NCBI GenBank assembly: GCA_964434115.1
Contig: CAYSSX010000005.1
Coordinates: 95,063 to 159,062, forward strand
Direction of reading: 5' to 3'
Origin: an uncultured bacterium
GTDB taxonomy: Bacteria > Omnitrophota > Omnitrophia > Omnitrophales > Aquincolibacteriaceae
DNA: 64,000 nucleotides
The notes under the pieces are model-generated. The model saw nothing but the letters and a program-made list of their open reading frames with translations. It had not been told where the DNA came from and made no database searches. Position 1 is the stretch's first letter, and each line of letters opens with the position of its first letter. A program made the translations under genes and the position numbers. Below, in pieces: positions 61,869 to 64,000 of this stretch.

Positions 61869-62236
61869 AACATCAGCTTCTTGATTTCATCCGCGAGCGC
61901 GGCCGGGTCGAGCTCGGTGCCGATGAGGTGGGAATTCCAGTCCGTGCCTACAAGATAACCCGCGTCTTCAAGGTGCGGCAAAAGGCCGTTCAGGAATTCG
62001 TTCAGAGAAAAAACCTTGGGCGTGTAATCAATCCAGTCATCTTTCGCGCATTGCGCGGCATACTCTTCTTCCGACCAAAAGGGCACGACCATGGCCCCTT
62101 CGTGTTCCGCTTTCGAGCATTGGCTCGCGGCAAGGGTTTCGCCTTCCTTGTCCAAGGCCCAAACCCGCTGGGTCTCGATCACCCTTCTCACAAATCTCTC
62201 GTGTCGTTCCTTTACTGCAATGGGACTATCGGGCAT
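61865..62236 (-). CDS. hypothetical cytoplasmic protein
   Basis: An ORF translationally coupled to the downstream gene (ATGA overlap). No motif is confidently recognised. Confidence 0.4.
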   Translation of the reverse strand: MPDSPIAVKERHERFVRRVIETQRVWALDKEGETLAASQCSKAEHEGAMVVPFWSEEEYAAQCAKDDWIDYTPKVFSLNEFLNGLLPHLEDAGYLVGTDWNSHLIGTELDPAALADEIKKLML

Positions 62237-62354
62237 AAGATTCCTTTAAGGGGTCGCGGGGACCCTTGCGAATTCCGCAGAGAATAACACTTTCTGGGTA
62301 TTTCAGACAGGCCGAATTTCCAGCAGGGCATTCAGGAAGGTGGTTCGGAAAACT

Positions 62355-62588
62355 TTAAAGCGCCCGGTGGCTTCCGTCGCAGAAAGGTTTGTTCTTGGAT
62401 TCACGGCAGCCGCACCAGGCGACTTTTTTGGCTTCTGTAATTTCCACAATCACAGGAGACTTCCCGGCAGCCCTGGTTTTATGGCTGCCGTCACAATAAG
62501 GCTGATTGGCGGATTCCCCGCAGGAACACCAGGCTTTGCGCCCGGGGGTTTCTTCTCTTACATACGGTGATTTCTGAATTCCACTCAT
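62355..62588 (-). CDS. CDGSH iron-sulfur domain protein (two CDGSH motifs)
   Basis: CSCGESANQPYCDGSH and CGCRESKNKPFCDGSH are present. Confidence 0.9.
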   Translation of the reverse strand: MSGIQKSPYVREETPGRKAWCSCGESANQPYCDGSHKTRAAGKSPVIVEITEAKKVAWCGCRESKNKPFCDGSHRAL

Positions 62589-62641
62589 GGAAGCTCCTTC
62601 TGTTCAACTGCGGGGGAAGGGTGCATTTCCGACTCTTTGAT

Positions 62642-63577
62642 TTATCCGATAATAATCTGGTTTTTTCCGGATCGCTTGGCGGTCAAAAGGACGGCATCGA
62701 TTTTTTCAAGAAAGAGCTTCTTGTTAGCGCGGCACGTCTCGTCAAAAGCAACCAGCCCTATGCTGGCCGTGAGGGATCCCAATTCAGCCATCACCTGGTG
62801 TTGATAATGAATCACACTGCTGCGGATACGCTCAGCCACGGATTGCGCCTCATCCAGTGATGTTTCGGGAAGGATCAAAAGAAACTCATCACCGCCGTAG
62901 CGGCCGAGAATATCAATACCGCGGATGCTGTCTTCAAGAATACGCGCAAAAGTCTGCACCACCTGGTCGCCCACAATGTGCCCGTAGGTGTCATTGATTT
63001 TCTTGAAGTCGTCAATGTCAATCATCATGCCGGACAAAGGCCTGCCGTAACGGACCGCACGCTCCACTTCACGTTCCAGCTCGATAAAAATATGCCGTCT
63101 GTTGTAGAGCCCGGTCAGATCATCGGTGCGTGACTGGCGCTCAAGAGCGGCTTTTTCATTCAGAATATTTTCATCATTCCTTCTGCGGACGGTGATGTCC
63201 TGCCAGACGCCCACATAATGCGTGATCTCACCCGCGTCATTTTTAATCGGATTAATCACAATGGATTCCCAGTACTCTCCGCCGCTTTTCCGGCGGTTGC
63301 ACAGCTCACCGCGCCAGGGCTTTCCCGCAGAGATGGTGTTCCACAAATCCTGATGAATCAAAAGCGGGGTGTTGGGTGACTTGAAAACGCGGGGGGTCTG
63401 GCCTTTCAACTCGTCGAGTGAATAACCTGTAAGCGTGGAAAACACAGGGTTCACATACAGAATTTCCCCCTGTCGGTTTGTAATCAGGAAAGGACAGGAA
63501 CTGGCCCGGACTCCGTGGGCAATAAGAGGAAGCAGGGCATCGTCGATTTTGTGCGCATGATGAGAGGAACCGCTCAT
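62642..63577 (-). CDS. PAS-domain diguanylate cyclase (GGDEF)
   Basis: A PAS fold (ITNRQGEILYVNPVFSTLTGYSLDEL) is present, plus an intact active site RYGGDEF and an upstream RxxD I-site-like motif. Confidence 0.9.
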   Translation of the reverse strand: MSGSSHHAHKIDDALLPLIAHGVRASSCPFLITNRQGEILYVNPVFSTLTGYSLDELKGQTPRVFKSPNTPLLIHQDLWNTISAGKPWRGELCNRRKSGGEYWESIVINPIKNDAGEITHYVGVWQDITVRRRNDENILNEKAALERQSRTDDLTGLYNRRHIFIELEREVERAVRYGRPLSGMMIDIDDFKKINDTYGHIVGDQVVQTFARILEDSIRGIDILGRYGGDEFLLILPETSLDEAQSVAERIRSSVIHYQHQVMAELGSLTASIGLVAFDETCRANKKLFLEKIDAVLLTAKRSGKNQIIIG

Positions 63578-63744
63578 AAGATCTATTCTCCACCTTTCAA
63601 AACATTTCGGTAACTGATTACTTGAAATGATCCTTTAACTGCTCAAACTCACTCTGCATTTGCGCCATGGACGCAAACGCACTGCCGGGGAGAACCGGCA
63701 AAAGCACGCTTATCCCGCTCGAAAATTAACCCCGCACTTTTATT

Positions 63745-63984
63745 TTATTTATCACCGGTCTTAACAGCTTCAGCCGCAGCTTTTGCGTCAGAAGGTGCTT
63801 CAATACCTCTCTCCGGGGCATTTGAATTCTTGAACGTCCGGTAATCCTTGCGGTCCAAAATCTCCTGATACGCCTGACTCCTGCCAACAGAAAGCCCTGG
63901 ACCTTCCGGCTGCTGGGAAACCTTCTTCGGTATCTGGGTCATAACTGTCAGCGGCACAAAAACAGCCGCGGCCGCCAAAACCAC
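63745..63984 (-). CDS. small secreted protein, hypothetical (N-terminus may lie at the window edge)
   Basis: A signal-peptide-like N-terminus. No SD is visible before the window end. Confidence 0.3.
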   Translation of the reverse strand: MVLAAAAVFVPLTVMTQIPKKVSQQPEGPGLSVGRSQAYQEILDRKDYRTFKNSNAPERGIEAPSDAKAAAEAVKTGDK

Positions 63985-64000
63985 GAGCCATTTTCTGTTC

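Overview
This 64 kb window (roughly 55-58% GC) looks like chromosomal DNA from a diderm bacterium with an aerobic or microaerobic respiratory chain. Almost all genes are on the minus strand.

Housekeeping content runs as follows:
- rpmG (L33; under 60 aa, so absent from the supplied ORF track) and a ThrH-like HAD phosphatase.
- A three-subunit SdhCAB of the Bacteroides/Chlorobi type, preceded by a DUF192 gene.
- A divergent peroxiredoxin and Fe-superoxide dismutase pair, with a recognisable extended -10 promoter and an intrinsic terminator.
- A ClC channel coupled to a NUDIX gene.
- A complete nuoABCDEFGH block that stops after nuoH.
- Further on: a 6-phosphofructokinase, rsmH, a Blc lipocalin, two paralogous polytopic membrane proteins with C-terminal CxxCH cytochrome c domains next to a Sco chaperone, and a glycoside-hydrolase, GT4 and AlkP+EEP fusion operon.
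- Near the right end: a truncated, frameshifted alpha/beta-hydrolase pseudogene, a CDGSH protein and a PAS-GGDEF cyclase.

The dominant feature is a single uninterrupted 18.5 kb ORF (20333..38845, minus strand, 6170 aa). It encodes a mosaic giant protein with these recognisable parts:
- a signal peptide and internal TM clusters;
- an APH-type kinase-like domain;
- a beta-propeller-like region;
- a minimal nucleotidyltransferase;
- Fis-like HTH elements;
- a complete embedded SecA-family DEAD ATPase motor;
- five tandem GNAT acetyltransferases;
- two SAM methyltransferase modules.

The pentapeptide RSELR (once RAELR) recurs 11 times within this ORF, at module boundaries. The copies use different synonymous codons, so the peptide motif is conserved rather than a DNA repeat. 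It is a candidate processing or docking site.

The giant gene is flanked by a PilZ gene upstream. Its 3' end is 11 bp from a convergent lipoprotein, secreted-protein and outer-membrane beta-barrel operon.

No tRNA or rRNA genes, CRISPR arrays, or transposase or integrase genes were found. All family assignments rest on motifs read by eye and should be confirmed by profile searches.
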